Assembly: GCA_030606485.1 (NCBI GenBank)
Contig: JAUWGH010000001.1
Coordinates: forward strand, 120,001 to 152,000
Source: Promethearchaeota archaeon
GTDB lineage: Archaea; Asgardarchaeota; Lokiarchaeia; Sigyniarchaeales; SOKP01
Reading direction: 5' to 3'
DNA length: 32,000 nucleotides
The stretch's first letter is position 1. Each line of letters begins with the position of its first letter. Below, one piece after another: positions 16,701 through 25,782 of this stretch. The notes under the pieces are model-generated. The model was not told where the DNA came from. It saw nothing but the letters and a program-made list of their open reading frames with translations, and did not search any database. The translations under genes were made by a program, and so were the position numbers.

Positions 16701-17546
16701 ATGGTCTATACTCTAAAAGATTTTAAATATATTGATTCACATACTCATTTTTTTTCACCAGAAATGTTTAAATCTATTTGGAATTTTTTTGAAGAGCATA
16801 AATGGCCGATATCTTATAAATTACCTAATGATGATTTAATCCAAATTTTAAAAAAAAACCATGTAAAAGCATTTACGACATATAATTACGCTCATAAAAA
16901 AGACCTCGCAGAAGAAATGAATGAATGGACAAATGAATTTGTAAAAGAAAATCTTAATGCAATACCCTTTGGAACTGTTTGGCCAGAAGATGAAAATCGT
17001 GAAGAATATATTGAAAAATTATTTAAACTTTATAATTTTCAAGGAATAAAAATTCAACCTTTAGTACAAGAGTTTTATCCAAACGACCAGAGAATGAAGA
17101 AAATCTATAAAATTGTTGAAAAATATAATAAAATTATCACATGGCATGCAGGAACAGCGCCATATAGAAATGAATATGTAGGAATAAAAAATTTTCAAAA
17201 ATTTTTAGATAATTTTCCAGATATGAAGCTCATTATTGCACATATGGGTGCATTCGAATATGATAAATTCATTAAATTACTTGATAAACATGAAAATATG
17301 TACTTAGACACTACAATGATTTATATCCGTGATAATATATTTCCCGAAAGAAAGATTAAACGCCCAAAACCAGAAGTACTCTTATCTTATCAAGATCGTA
17401 TTCTTTTTGGTTCTGATTTCCCAAATATTCCTTATTCTTATGAAAATTCCTTGTTAGGATTGTTAGATCTCGATTTATCAAGAAACTTTTATAGAGATAT
17501 ATTTTATAAAAATGCAAAAAAATTGTTTAATCTTAAAATAGATTAA
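16701..17546 (+). CDS. Amidohydrolase_2 family metal-dependent hydrolase (TIM barrel)
   Basis: IDSHTH, GIKIQP, WHAG, AHMG, YLDTT, LFGSDFP, NAKKLF. Confidence 0.88.
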   Translation: MVYTLKDFKYIDSHTHFFSPEMFKSIWNFFEEHKWPISYKLPNDDLIQILKKNHVKAFTTYNYAHKKDLAEEMNEWTNEFVKENLNAIPFGTVWPEDENREEYIEKLFKLYNFQGIKIQPLVQEFYPNDQRMKKIYKIVEKYNKIITWHAGTAPYRNEYVGIKNFQKFLDNFPDMKLIIAHMGAFEYDKFIKLLDKHENMYLDTTMIYIRDNIFPERKIKRPKPEVLLSYQDRILFGSDFPNIPYSYENSLLGLLDLDLSRNFYRDIFYKNAKKLFNLKID

Positions 17547-17564
17547 AATATTTCTACTTTCTAT

Positions 17565-17783
17565 TTACGATTTATCGCCTTTCTCTCTTTTTTTTTCCCA
17601 GATCGCAATTATGTGTGGAATATTTATAAAAGTCATTGTTGCAGTCTTATCTAATAAAGTCAACACATTATCTGCACACCCAATTGCCTTCCCAGAAAAA
17701 ATAGAGTCTGGATTACAATATACATCAACTTCTTTATTGATTAAATGCTCGGAAATAAATTTTGAGATATTTATTATTATCAC
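17565..17783 (-). CDS. Small Sm-like-fold protein resembling the MM0924 family
   Basis: KEVDVYC...FSGKAIGCADNVLTL...INIPHIIAIW pattern, recognised from memory. Confidence 0.55.
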   Translation of the reverse strand: MIIINISKFISEHLINKEVDVYCNPDSIFSGKAIGCADNVLTLLDKTATMTFINIPHIIAIWEKKREKGDKS

Positions 17784-17814
17784 CTTTTTTAAAGAGTCGA
17801 ATTATTTTTTTTCT

Positions 17815-19842
17815 TTAAACCTTATTTATCTCTTGAATCCAAGGATTTAAATATGTTTTGGTTTTTACTGATTTGAAAGCATTACTATTCTCAATAAATT
17901 CTTTAAGCCTTGAGAGAGTCTCTAAATTTTCTATCTTTAATGTGTAATTTTTTATATACTCATTAAAAATATCTAATAAATCAGGTAACTCTTTTAAGTT
18001 CTTAAAGTAAGTTTGATAAATAATCAGATCAGTTAATTCAATAAAGAATTCAGCCTTGGAGTTGCTGAATTTAATTAAAGAAATAATAACATCATAGATT
18101 TTACTAAATGATTTTACATTCTCAGGTAAATTTATAGGCAAATGCCTTATCATATATTGATTTAAATTAATTGTTGTATCTTGCTGATTATTTATACCAT
18201 AAATACAATAAAATTTCATCAATTGAGAATTCAATAATAATGATAAACCTTTTAATTGAGTTTCATCACCTAATAAAGAATATACTGATGATGTAAAAAT
18301 TGCCTTTTCTTTCACAAAAACTGTTACTGGGTATATAGTATTGTGTTTTATGAGCAATTTAGGGTTTTTATAAAATAAGATATCCTTTTTAGTAGAAAAA
18401 CCAGAAAGATTTACGGCTTTATTCTTTTTGATTTTAAATTTTTCAATGTCTTGTTTTGCATTGATAAGAAAATATTCATTTTTAGATTCTAAAAATCGTT
18501 TTTGCTTTATTCTTTTTCTGAGTCTTTTTAATGGGGCTTCCTCTTCCCCACGTACCATCTTAAAATCTCTTATTTTTAAATAATTTAAATCTGAGTTTTT
18601 CTCTATGTAATCAATTATCTTAATTTTTATTGAATCTAATTTTATTCTGATTCGATTTATATTTCTTGCTTGCTGGTCGCAAAAAGGACATGTTTTATTG
18701 AAGGTATATGCAAAAAATCTCCGTTGTTTATCGTATAACGGACAATTCCTATTTTGATCACAAATTTTAAGTTGATCAAATTCGTGATTAAGATAAGTAT
18801 TAATCACATTATTTGAAAAATCTTTAATTTTCGTCTCATTATCCCTTTTCTCTTTCTTTCTATTGAAATTTTCGTATAAAAAAATTTGAACTTCATTTGT
18901 AGCACCTTTAAAAATTTTTGATCCGAGGTCAATTATTTCCACAAAATTAGAATTTTCCAAAAGATAATCTCTTAAATCAAGATAATTTTGTCTCAAAAGA
19001 AATGATTTTGGTATAAGATAACCTATTATCCCTTTTGAAAATTTAAGAGCTTGTATTAAAAATGCGCAATAAATATCATTTGTAAAAAAAATGTATTCTT
19101 TTAGTTGTAATTTTTCTTGGGGGTTCAAGATATTCCCATAAGGCGGATTTCCTAAAATTATATCAAATTTTTTTTCAATTTCCTTAACCATCAGAGCATT
19201 TTGGTTTTTAATATTGGATTTTATGTTGAGATTTTCTATTCTTATTTCTTGAAGATCATTTTTTGATACATCCCGGATTAGCCAAAATATGAGATTCATT
19301 TCGCAAATTTGAATTGCTGAAGAATCAACATCAATTCCATGGAGAGCATTATTAATAATTTCCTTTCTTAACTCCCAATCTTGGAAATTATTTTTTTTAT
19401 TTAATTTAATTTCAAATTTTTTACAAATCTTTCTTAGTAAATCGTATAATAAATCAGCAATCGAAATCAGAAAGATTCCAGAACCACATGCAGGGTCTAA
19501 TATTTTTATCTTTATTAACTTATTAAAAAGTTGAAGAGCAGTATCCTTAGAAATATTCCCAATATTCTCTATTAAATTTATTTTATTAAAACTATTCGCT
19601 CTTATCTCATTTAATGTTTTTAATAAATACCATTCGAGTGTTTTCCTTGAAATATAATCCGCTAATTCTCTCTTAGTGTAAAACGTTCCTTTTTCTTTTC
19701 TATCTTCGATATTCTTCTCGTAAATGACATCAATATTAGAAATATTTGATAAAAAATCTTTTAACTTTTTATAATTCCCATTCTTTAGCAAATTTCTATA
19801 TTGGACATAAAGTTGCTTTACATTTGTTAGCGAATCTCTCAT
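17815..19842 (-). CDS. N6-adenine DNA methyltransferase (Eco57I/TaqI-like, gamma class) with a TaqI_C-like target-recognition region; no nuclease domain evident
   Basis: GTFYT, motif I ILDPACGSGIFL, GIDVD, NAL, motif IV GNPPY, DIYCAF, YLIPKSFL; C-terminal PKLLIK...FTSSVY...LLLNSQLMKFY. Confidence 0.88.
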   Translation of the reverse strand: MRDSLTNVKQLYVQYRNLLKNGNYKKLKDFLSNISNIDVIYEKNIEDRKEKGTFYTKRELADYISRKTLEWYLLKTLNEIRANSFNKINLIENIGNISKDTALQLFNKLIKIKILDPACGSGIFLISIADLLYDLLRKICKKFEIKLNKKNNFQDWELRKEIINNALHGIDVDSSAIQICEMNLIFWLIRDVSKNDLQEIRIENLNIKSNIKNQNALMVKEIEKKFDIILGNPPYGNILNPQEKLQLKEYIFFTNDIYCAFLIQALKFSKGIIGYLIPKSFLLRQNYLDLRDYLLENSNFVEIIDLGSKIFKGATNEVQIFLYENFNRKKEKRDNETKIKDFSNNVINTYLNHEFDQLKICDQNRNCPLYDKQRRFFAYTFNKTCPFCDQQARNINRIRIKLDSIKIKIIDYIEKNSDLNYLKIRDFKMVRGEEEAPLKRLRKRIKQKRFLESKNEYFLINAKQDIEKFKIKKNKAVNLSGFSTKKDILFYKNPKLLIKHNTIYPVTVFVKEKAIFTSSVYSLLGDETQLKGLSLLLNSQLMKFYCIYGINNQQDTTINLNQYMIRHLPINLPENVKSFSKIYDVIISLIKFSNSKAEFFIELTDLIIYQTYFKNLKELPDLLDIFNEYIKNYTLKIENLETLSRLKEFIENSNAFKSVKTKTYLNPWIQEINKV

Positions 19843-19952
19843 AGTTAAGAATATTTTTTAAAACCTTGGAGACAATATAATATATATTCGAATAATTAAT
19901 TATTTATAATTCTTAAAAGATAAAAAATAAAATTAAATCCTTGGGATTAAAA

Positions 19953-20720
19953 ATGAAAATAATATATCATGAAGATTTTGTAAATTACGCAGGATACTCA
20001 TATGATCCAGCCGCATCTCCTGGAAGAATTATACCGATTATTAAAGAAATTAAAGAAAAAACAGATTATGAAATAATAACACCTGAACCTGCAAGTGAAG
20101 AAGATATTCTAAGAGCTCACACTGAAAGACATTTAAAACATATTAAAAGCGATAAAAATTTATATTATATCGCCAATCTTGCAGCTGGTGGTGCTATTAA
20201 ATCCGCAGAAATTGCATATGATAATAAAGATGCTACATTTGGAGTGATTAGACCACCGGGTCATCATGCATCTACGGATTCATGTTGGGGTTTCTGCTTT
20301 TTTAATAATATGAGCTTAGCCTTATTAAGTTTGATGGCAGAGAACAAAATAGAGAGCGCATTCATATTAGATTTTGATTTGCACACAGGAGATGGCAACA
20401 TTAATATTATTGGGCAAAATACAAAAGTCCAAATCTTAAATCCAAGATCTAGCGGACGAGTAAATTATATTAAAGAAGTAGAAGAAACTTTTGAATCATT
20501 AACTAATATTGATATAATTGCCGCCAGCGCCGGTTTTGATGAATATGAGTTAGATTGGGGTGGGAAATTAACCACAGACGATTATAATACACTTGGGCAA
20601 TTAATGAAGGAATATGCTTTGAAGTTATGTAACGGTAGAAGGTTCGCATTACTCGAAGGTGGCTATTATTATGAACATTTAGGTATAAATGTAGTTTCTT
20701 TTTGTCAAGGATTGGAATGA
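19953..20720 (+). CDS. Compact histone-deacetylase-family (class I/II, AcuC/APAH-like) Zn hydrolase
   Basis: RPPGHHA, GFCFFNN, DFDLHTGDG, SAGFD, LEGGY. ATG19953 is preferred over TTG19941. Confidence 0.9.
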   Translation: MKIIYHEDFVNYAGYSYDPAASPGRIIPIIKEIKEKTDYEIITPEPASEEDILRAHTERHLKHIKSDKNLYYIANLAAGGAIKSAEIAYDNKDATFGVIRPPGHHASTDSCWGFCFFNNMSLALLSLMAENKIESAFILDFDLHTGDGNINIIGQNTKVQILNPRSSGRVNYIKEVEETFESLTNIDIIAASAGFDEYELDWGGKLTTDDYNTLGQLMKEYALKLCNGRRFALLEGGYYYEHLGINVVSFCQGLE

Positions 20721-20792
20721 TTTTTATAATTTTTAAGAAAGTTATTAATATCTTTTTATTTAAAACAATATATAATTTATACGTGAAAAATT

Positions 20793-22067
20793 ATGAGTGA
20801 AGAAAAATCTATTAGAAAATCTTTAGGATATCTTATATTTCTTATTTTTTTCTTAAGTCTCGTCGAGATATTTGATACATACACCACGCTTTTCCCAAAT
20901 GTAATTGTCTCTAAAGTTCAAGATGAATTTTTGGCAAGTGAAACTCAAGTAATCGCCGATTCTATTATGTCTTTAGCTATTGCTGTAGCGAGTATTGGCA
21001 TGTATTTTGTTGTGGTTAATCAATTTCTCGCGGATCTTATAGGACGGAGAATAATGCTTTTTATTACGGTGCTTGGTATGGGACTTGCGTCCTTATTCAT
21101 TTTTTTTACAACAAATTTAATCCAATATACATCTTCTTTATTCTTCCTATACGTATTTTTTTCAAGTGATATTTGGACGATTTATATTAGTGAAGAAAGC
21201 CCAAAAGAACGCCGTGGATTATACTTAAATTTAATTCTCGTTGCTGGTTGTATAGGTGCAATCTTAGTCCCAGTATTTCGTTCCATTTTTATAACTGAAA
21301 CGTCACCCATAACTGCTTGGAGAAGTATGACTATTTTCGCATTTCTAGCCATACCCATAGCCTTTTTAATGATCGGAATTAAAGAAACATCAAAGTTTAA
21401 AGAATTAAAAGAGTTGAGAAAATCAGATGATTTTGTAAAGCAATCTCCATTTCTTAACTTAAAGAAACCATTTGATAAACAATATCGAAGACAATTTATT
21501 CCAATTTTAATAATGGCGTTTATTTCTGGATTAAATTATATCTTTATTCAAATGGGAGAGAGTTTTTTAGCCAATAACGTAAATTTGGAAGAAGGCGATG
21601 TAAATATTGTTGTAACCATAATGAGTGTATCTGCAATAATTGGTTATTTAATAACAGGCATTTTTGCGGATAAAGTAGGAAGAAAGCCATTATTTTACAT
21701 CTATACTATATTAACGCCAATAGCAATTTTTATTGTTATTATTGGAGTTCAATCTCCAGATTTAGCATTAATTGCAGCGTGTATAGGTGCAGGATTAGCA
21801 ACAATAACATTTTATGGATTAGGAATCGTAAATCGTTTGGTTTCAATCGAAATACTTCCAACCGACATCAGAGGGACAGGAACAGGATGGAGATCAATAA
21901 TCTCAGCTATAGGTATTACTTGTGGATTACTATTAAATTCGGTCTTAAATTTAATTTTTGGTTTAGGAATATCGTTTTTAATTATAAGCCTTCTGTTATT
22001 AATCAACATCCCAATAATTTACCGTTATATTAAAGAAACTAAGGGAATTGAATTAGAAACCGTTTAA
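20793..22067 (+). CDS. Major facilitator superfamily transporter
   Basis: About 12 TM segments; motif A twice (LADLIGRR, FADKVGRK); EESPKERRG, EILPTDIRGTG, C-terminal ETKG. Confidence 0.92.
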   Translation: MSEEKSIRKSLGYLIFLIFFLSLVEIFDTYTTLFPNVIVSKVQDEFLASETQVIADSIMSLAIAVASIGMYFVVVNQFLADLIGRRIMLFITVLGMGLASLFIFFTTNLIQYTSSLFFLYVFFSSDIWTIYISEESPKERRGLYLNLILVAGCIGAILVPVFRSIFITETSPITAWRSMTIFAFLAIPIAFLMIGIKETSKFKELKELRKSDDFVKQSPFLNLKKPFDKQYRRQFIPILIMAFISGLNYIFIQMGESFLANNVNLEEGDVNIVVTIMSVSAIIGYLITGIFADKVGRKPLFYIYTILTPIAIFIVIIGVQSPDLALIAACIGAGLATITFYGLGIVNRLVSIEILPTDIRGTGTGWRSIISAIGITCGLLLNSVLNLIFGLGISFLIISLLLLINIPIIYRYIKETKGIELETV

Positions 22068-22130
22068 AAAATTATAAAAATTTTATATATCTTTTTATAT
22101 TTTATTTGATTTTTATTTAATGGGTAATTT

Positions 22131-22601
22131 ATGACTGACGATGAAATTAAACCAGTTAAAGAGATTATCAAAAAAATTAAGAGAAAATATGATAGTGATC
22201 CCGAAGATTGGAGGGTCACGGGGTGCAATGATAAACATGGAAATCTAGATACCTTAATAACACACCCTCCAAATACTTTTTGGTTAAAATCAAAAGCAAT
22301 TAATCCTTTTTCAGCGATCTCTTATGGATCTGTAGTCCGACATCTTGATGATGAGATCAATAAAGAAATAGGTAAAAAATTAACACCTGATGAAATGTTG
22401 AGATTATTTGGATTTATTGTACCTGTATCTTCAAATAATGCAATAATCACCTCTGGTATAGAAAGATTCTCTCAACAAAAGGGCAAATTTTTAAAAGAAA
22501 AGATTTTTGAGAAAAAAAAGAATCTAGCTCAATCATTAGCTAGAAAAGTAGATGGGGAATTTTCAAAAAGATACCCCCAGCGGAAAAATCTTTATATTTA
22601 G
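22131..22601 (+). CDS. Hypothetical protein (probably a conserved archaeal family)
   Basis: 156-aa ORF with host-like codon usage. The DPEDWR...HP...LK....NPF...RHLDDEI pattern resembles archaeal hypotheticals as I recall them (unverified). Confidence 0.7.
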   Translation: MTDDEIKPVKEIIKKIKRKYDSDPEDWRVTGCNDKHGNLDTLITHPPNTFWLKSKAINPFSAISYGSVVRHLDDEINKEIGKKLTPDEMLRLFGFIVPVSSNNAIITSGIERFSQQKGKFLKEKIFEKKKNLAQSLARKVDGEFSKRYPQRKNLYI

Positions 22602-23026
22602 ATTTTATCTTTTAAAATTTGAAGTTCTTCTTTTGATTTAATTATTGGCATTGAAGCTGAATAGTTAGTTGATTTAGCAATTAATTCTTCAATAATTATT
22701 TTTATTTTTTCCTCTCCAGATTTTTCCTTTAAGGATATGATATACTCTTTTATTTTAATAACATTTAAATCTTCAACATAGTGGCTTAAACCCTTCTCAA
22801 TTTCCTCGCAAAGGAATTGAAATGAAAGTTCCGCTGCCATTTCTCGTGTTTCCAAATTATCTTTCTCTCCCTCGAACATATAAGAAATTTCTTTCCATCT
22901 TTTTCCCTCAGCATCTAAAGGAACGAGTCCATAAATATAATCACTTGTATAAACAATAAAGGGAGTTCTGATATCAAATGCAGTATCTAAAATTTCTAAT
23001 ATCTTTTTACCCATTTTTAGCACCAA
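22598..23026 (-). CDS. Hypothetical protein
   Basis: 142-aa ORF with typical acidic/Lys composition; its stop overlaps the convergent gene by 4 nt. The start is ATG23014 or TTG23026. Confidence 0.7.
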   Translation of the reverse strand: MVLKMGKKILEILDTAFDIRTPFIVYTSDYIYGLVPLDAEGKRWKEISYMFEGEKDNLETREMAAELSFQFLCEEIEKGLSHYVEDLNVIKIKEYIISLKEKSGEEKIKIIIEELIAKSTNYSASMPIIKSKEELQILKDKI

Positions 23027-23319
23027 TAATCTTATGCTATTAAATTAAGTTTTAATTTAAATATTTAATCAAAATTTTATTTTAAAATTTTTTTTGATTT
23101 TTAATCTCTTATGATATTTGTTAAAAATCAGCAATATAATATTTACTAGCTAAATTGAAAAAAAATCAATATAATCGAAAAAATATTTTTTAATCAAAAT
23201 TAAATTTTAATTGATATGGAATAAAAACTGTAAATATATTGAAAGATTTATTAGAAAAATCATTATATAAAAATTTATTCATTGGATTAATTATATTTCA
23301 ATTAAATAGCGAATAATTT

Positions 23320-24081
23320 ATGAGAAAAATAATTATCGATAAAACGATACATGAAATTCATAATTGGATACGAGATTATGTAAAAAACGCAAACGCTGAT
23401 GGAGTTATTGTTTGTGTTAGTGGAGGAGTTGATAGCGCCGTTATCTTAGCATTATGTGTTAATGCTTTAGGTAAAAAAAAAATAACAGCTTTAATTTTAC
23501 CATGTCAAAGTCAGCCTCAAGATGAAATAGATGCAAAACTAGTATTGGATATGTTTGAAGTTAAATATTATCGTATTGATTTGACTCCAATTTATTTGGA
23601 ATTCCTTAAAGTAACAGGAAAAGAAATTAAGGGAAATATGCTTTCTAAAGCCAATATCAAACCAAGATTAAGAATGATAACTGCCTATTATATTGGCCAA
23701 TCATTAGAAAATCATTTAGTTGTTGGAACAGGGAATAGAACCGAAGACGCTATAGGATATTTTACAAAATATGGTGATGGTGGCGTTGATTTTCTTCCAA
23801 TTGGTGATTTATATAAATGTGAAGTAAGAAAATTAGCGAAAAAATTAGAAATCCCTGAAGTAATCATTAATAAACCTCCATCAGCTGGTTTGTGGGAGGG
23901 ACAGACAGATGAAGGAGAAATAGGTTTTAAATATGATCAATTGGATGAAATAGTCTATAAGATTGATCACAATAAGGATTTGAGCGATATTGACCAAGAT
24001 AAATTATTAAAAGTTCAGAAAATGATGAAGGCTTCAGAACATAAAATAAAAGAAATTCCGAAATTTATTATTAAAAAATAA
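23320..24081 (+). CDS. nadE: NH3-dependent NAD+ synthetase
   Basis: VSGGVDSA, NIKPRLRM, GTGNRTE, GYFTKYGDG, PIGDLYK, PPSAGLWEGQTDE; no glutaminase domain. Confidence 0.95.
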   Translation: MRKIIIDKTIHEIHNWIRDYVKNANADGVIVCVSGGVDSAVILALCVNALGKKKITALILPCQSQPQDEIDAKLVLDMFEVKYYRIDLTPIYLEFLKVTGKEIKGNMLSKANIKPRLRMITAYYIGQSLENHLVVGTGNRTEDAIGYFTKYGDGGVDFLPIGDLYKCEVRKLAKKLEIPEVIINKPPSAGLWEGQTDEGEIGFKYDQLDEIVYKIDHNKDLSDIDQDKLLKVQKMMKASEHKIKEIPKFIIKK

Positions 24082-24082
24082 T

Positions 24083-25519
24083 TTATAATCCTTGTATTAC
24101 TTTTCTAATCTCATTAATTTTAGAAGTAATTTTTCCCATATGAGCTCTAATTTTATCCATCTCCCGTTTATATGCAAGATCATCTAATTCTCCTTTTTTA
24201 TACTTTGTCTCTGACTCTTTTTGAGTTTTTTCGATTGAATATCTTTTTCCCTCAAGAACAATTAAATCTTGATATAATTTATCCTTATTATACGTGAAAG
24301 AGCCTTCTTGTAATTGTTGTGTGTCAATAATACTATCAGAAGTTAAAGTTTCTTGAGTAGGTTCTATAACTTTCTTTTGTTCTTTTTGTTTAGATTTCGT
24401 TTCTACACTACTTGCACTTGAAAATACATTATACAATTTTTTAGAACTTATTCTCTTTTGTTCTTCCGTTTGGTCTCCAGAAGTACTCGATAAATCCATT
24501 TCTTCTAATTCCACTGGAGTAATTTTTGGTTTTTTCGGAATCGGAGTGGTTTCTCCTTCTGGTATATTAGATATTTTCATTTTTTTGGCTGAACTTGGCT
24601 CGGTTTTAGATATTGTATCTGAAAAAGGTAAAACTTTTACTTTCTCTTCTTCTTCTTTCGGTGTTACTTCAATTTCCTCAGCGAAAACATGTGTAATTTT
24701 AGGCCTTTTTTTTGAAATTGGTTTTTCAGTGGGTTGAATAACTGATTCTCCACCAATTTTAATTTTTTTTTTAGGGAGAGGAGTAAAATGTGATTTTTTT
24801 GACGATACAATTCCTATCTTTGGTTTCTCATCTAGAATCGGGGCTATTTCTATTTTCGGAGCTTTAATTTTTTTTAATTCTTTCGTTTCTACCTTTTCTT
24901 CCTTCCTAGGAGCTGATTCTTTTTTACGTTGTATAAGTGGAGCACCAATTTTAGGGATAATCACTTTTGGAGGCTGAAGTCTTGATTTTTTTTTTTGTTT
25001 TACTGGAAATTCAGGTGGTGCTCTAGTACTTGGTTTTTTTTTAACATCTTTTATTTCTCTATCTTTTTCTCCCAGTTTTTTTTCTAAATCTGAAATATAA
25101 TTTTTTAATTTTGAAATTTCTCCCTTAAAATCATCTGATACTTGAGAAATTGTTTCTTTAATATCAAATTCTGGTGTGGTTTCGGTTTCTTCATCAGATT
25201 CTTGAATAAATTCTTCTATTTTCTTTTTAATCTCTGATTTTTCCCTATATTCGATAAGCTTTTTAATATTTTCAGTAAGTCCATTTACTTCTTTAAACCA
25301 CAAGTCAAGTGTGTCCCAATTTTCAACTATTTTCAAGGTCTCTTGTATTAAATCTTCTTTATTTTCAAAACCAGATATATTATTTAAAAGTTGCCTTAAA
25401 AGGTTTAAAAGATATTCCTTAGCTTCAATTTCATCATCTGGAGTTGGCTCCTCTTCAAATAATTTTATAAATATCTCTTTTATTTGTTTAATCGCTTCAG
25501 TATATTTTTCTTGAGCCAC
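24083..25519 (-). CDS. Hypothetical protein: helical N-domain, coiled coil, Pro/Lys/Glu-rich disordered middle, helical C-terminus
   Basis: 478-aa ORF starting at GTG; composition and architecture read from the translation. Confidence 0.8.
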   Translation of the reverse strand: MAQEKYTEAIKQIKEIFIKLFEEEPTPDDEIEAKEYLLNLLRQLLNNISGFENKEDLIQETLKIVENWDTLDLWFKEVNGLTENIKKLIEYREKSEIKKKIEEFIQESDEETETTPEFDIKETISQVSDDFKGEISKLKNYISDLEKKLGEKDREIKDVKKKPSTRAPPEFPVKQKKKSRLQPPKVIIPKIGAPLIQRKKESAPRKEEKVETKELKKIKAPKIEIAPILDEKPKIGIVSSKKSHFTPLPKKKIKIGGESVIQPTEKPISKKRPKITHVFAEEIEVTPKEEEEKVKVLPFSDTISKTEPSSAKKMKISNIPEGETTPIPKKPKITPVELEEMDLSSTSGDQTEEQKRISSKKLYNVFSSASSVETKSKQKEQKKVIEPTQETLTSDSIIDTQQLQEGSFTYNKDKLYQDLIVLEGKRYSIEKTQKESETKYKKGELDDLAYKREMDKIRAHMGKITSKINEIRKVIQGL

Positions 25520-25782
25520 ACAATCAACTTGGGGTACTTAATAAAATAAATAGATTCTTTAAAATTTCTAATTTAAATTACTTTTTTCTAAATAATCTTA
25601 TAATATTATAAATATTTATTTTTTACCTATAAAGCGGATTTTTTTATATTATTGGTCTTTAATTTTTTCTATTAATGTTTTTATTTTCTTTACTTCAAAA
25701 TAATATCTTTTTTAAATATTTTCTGTTTATAAATCTATAAATAACTTTATATAAATTAATTGAAAAATATATTTTGATTTCA

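Noticed and set aside
20718-20729. TGA stop of the HDAC gene as possible selenocysteine readthrough
   Set aside because: An in-frame TAA follows two codons later, the protein is already complete after LEGGY, and no SECIS-like structure is visible.
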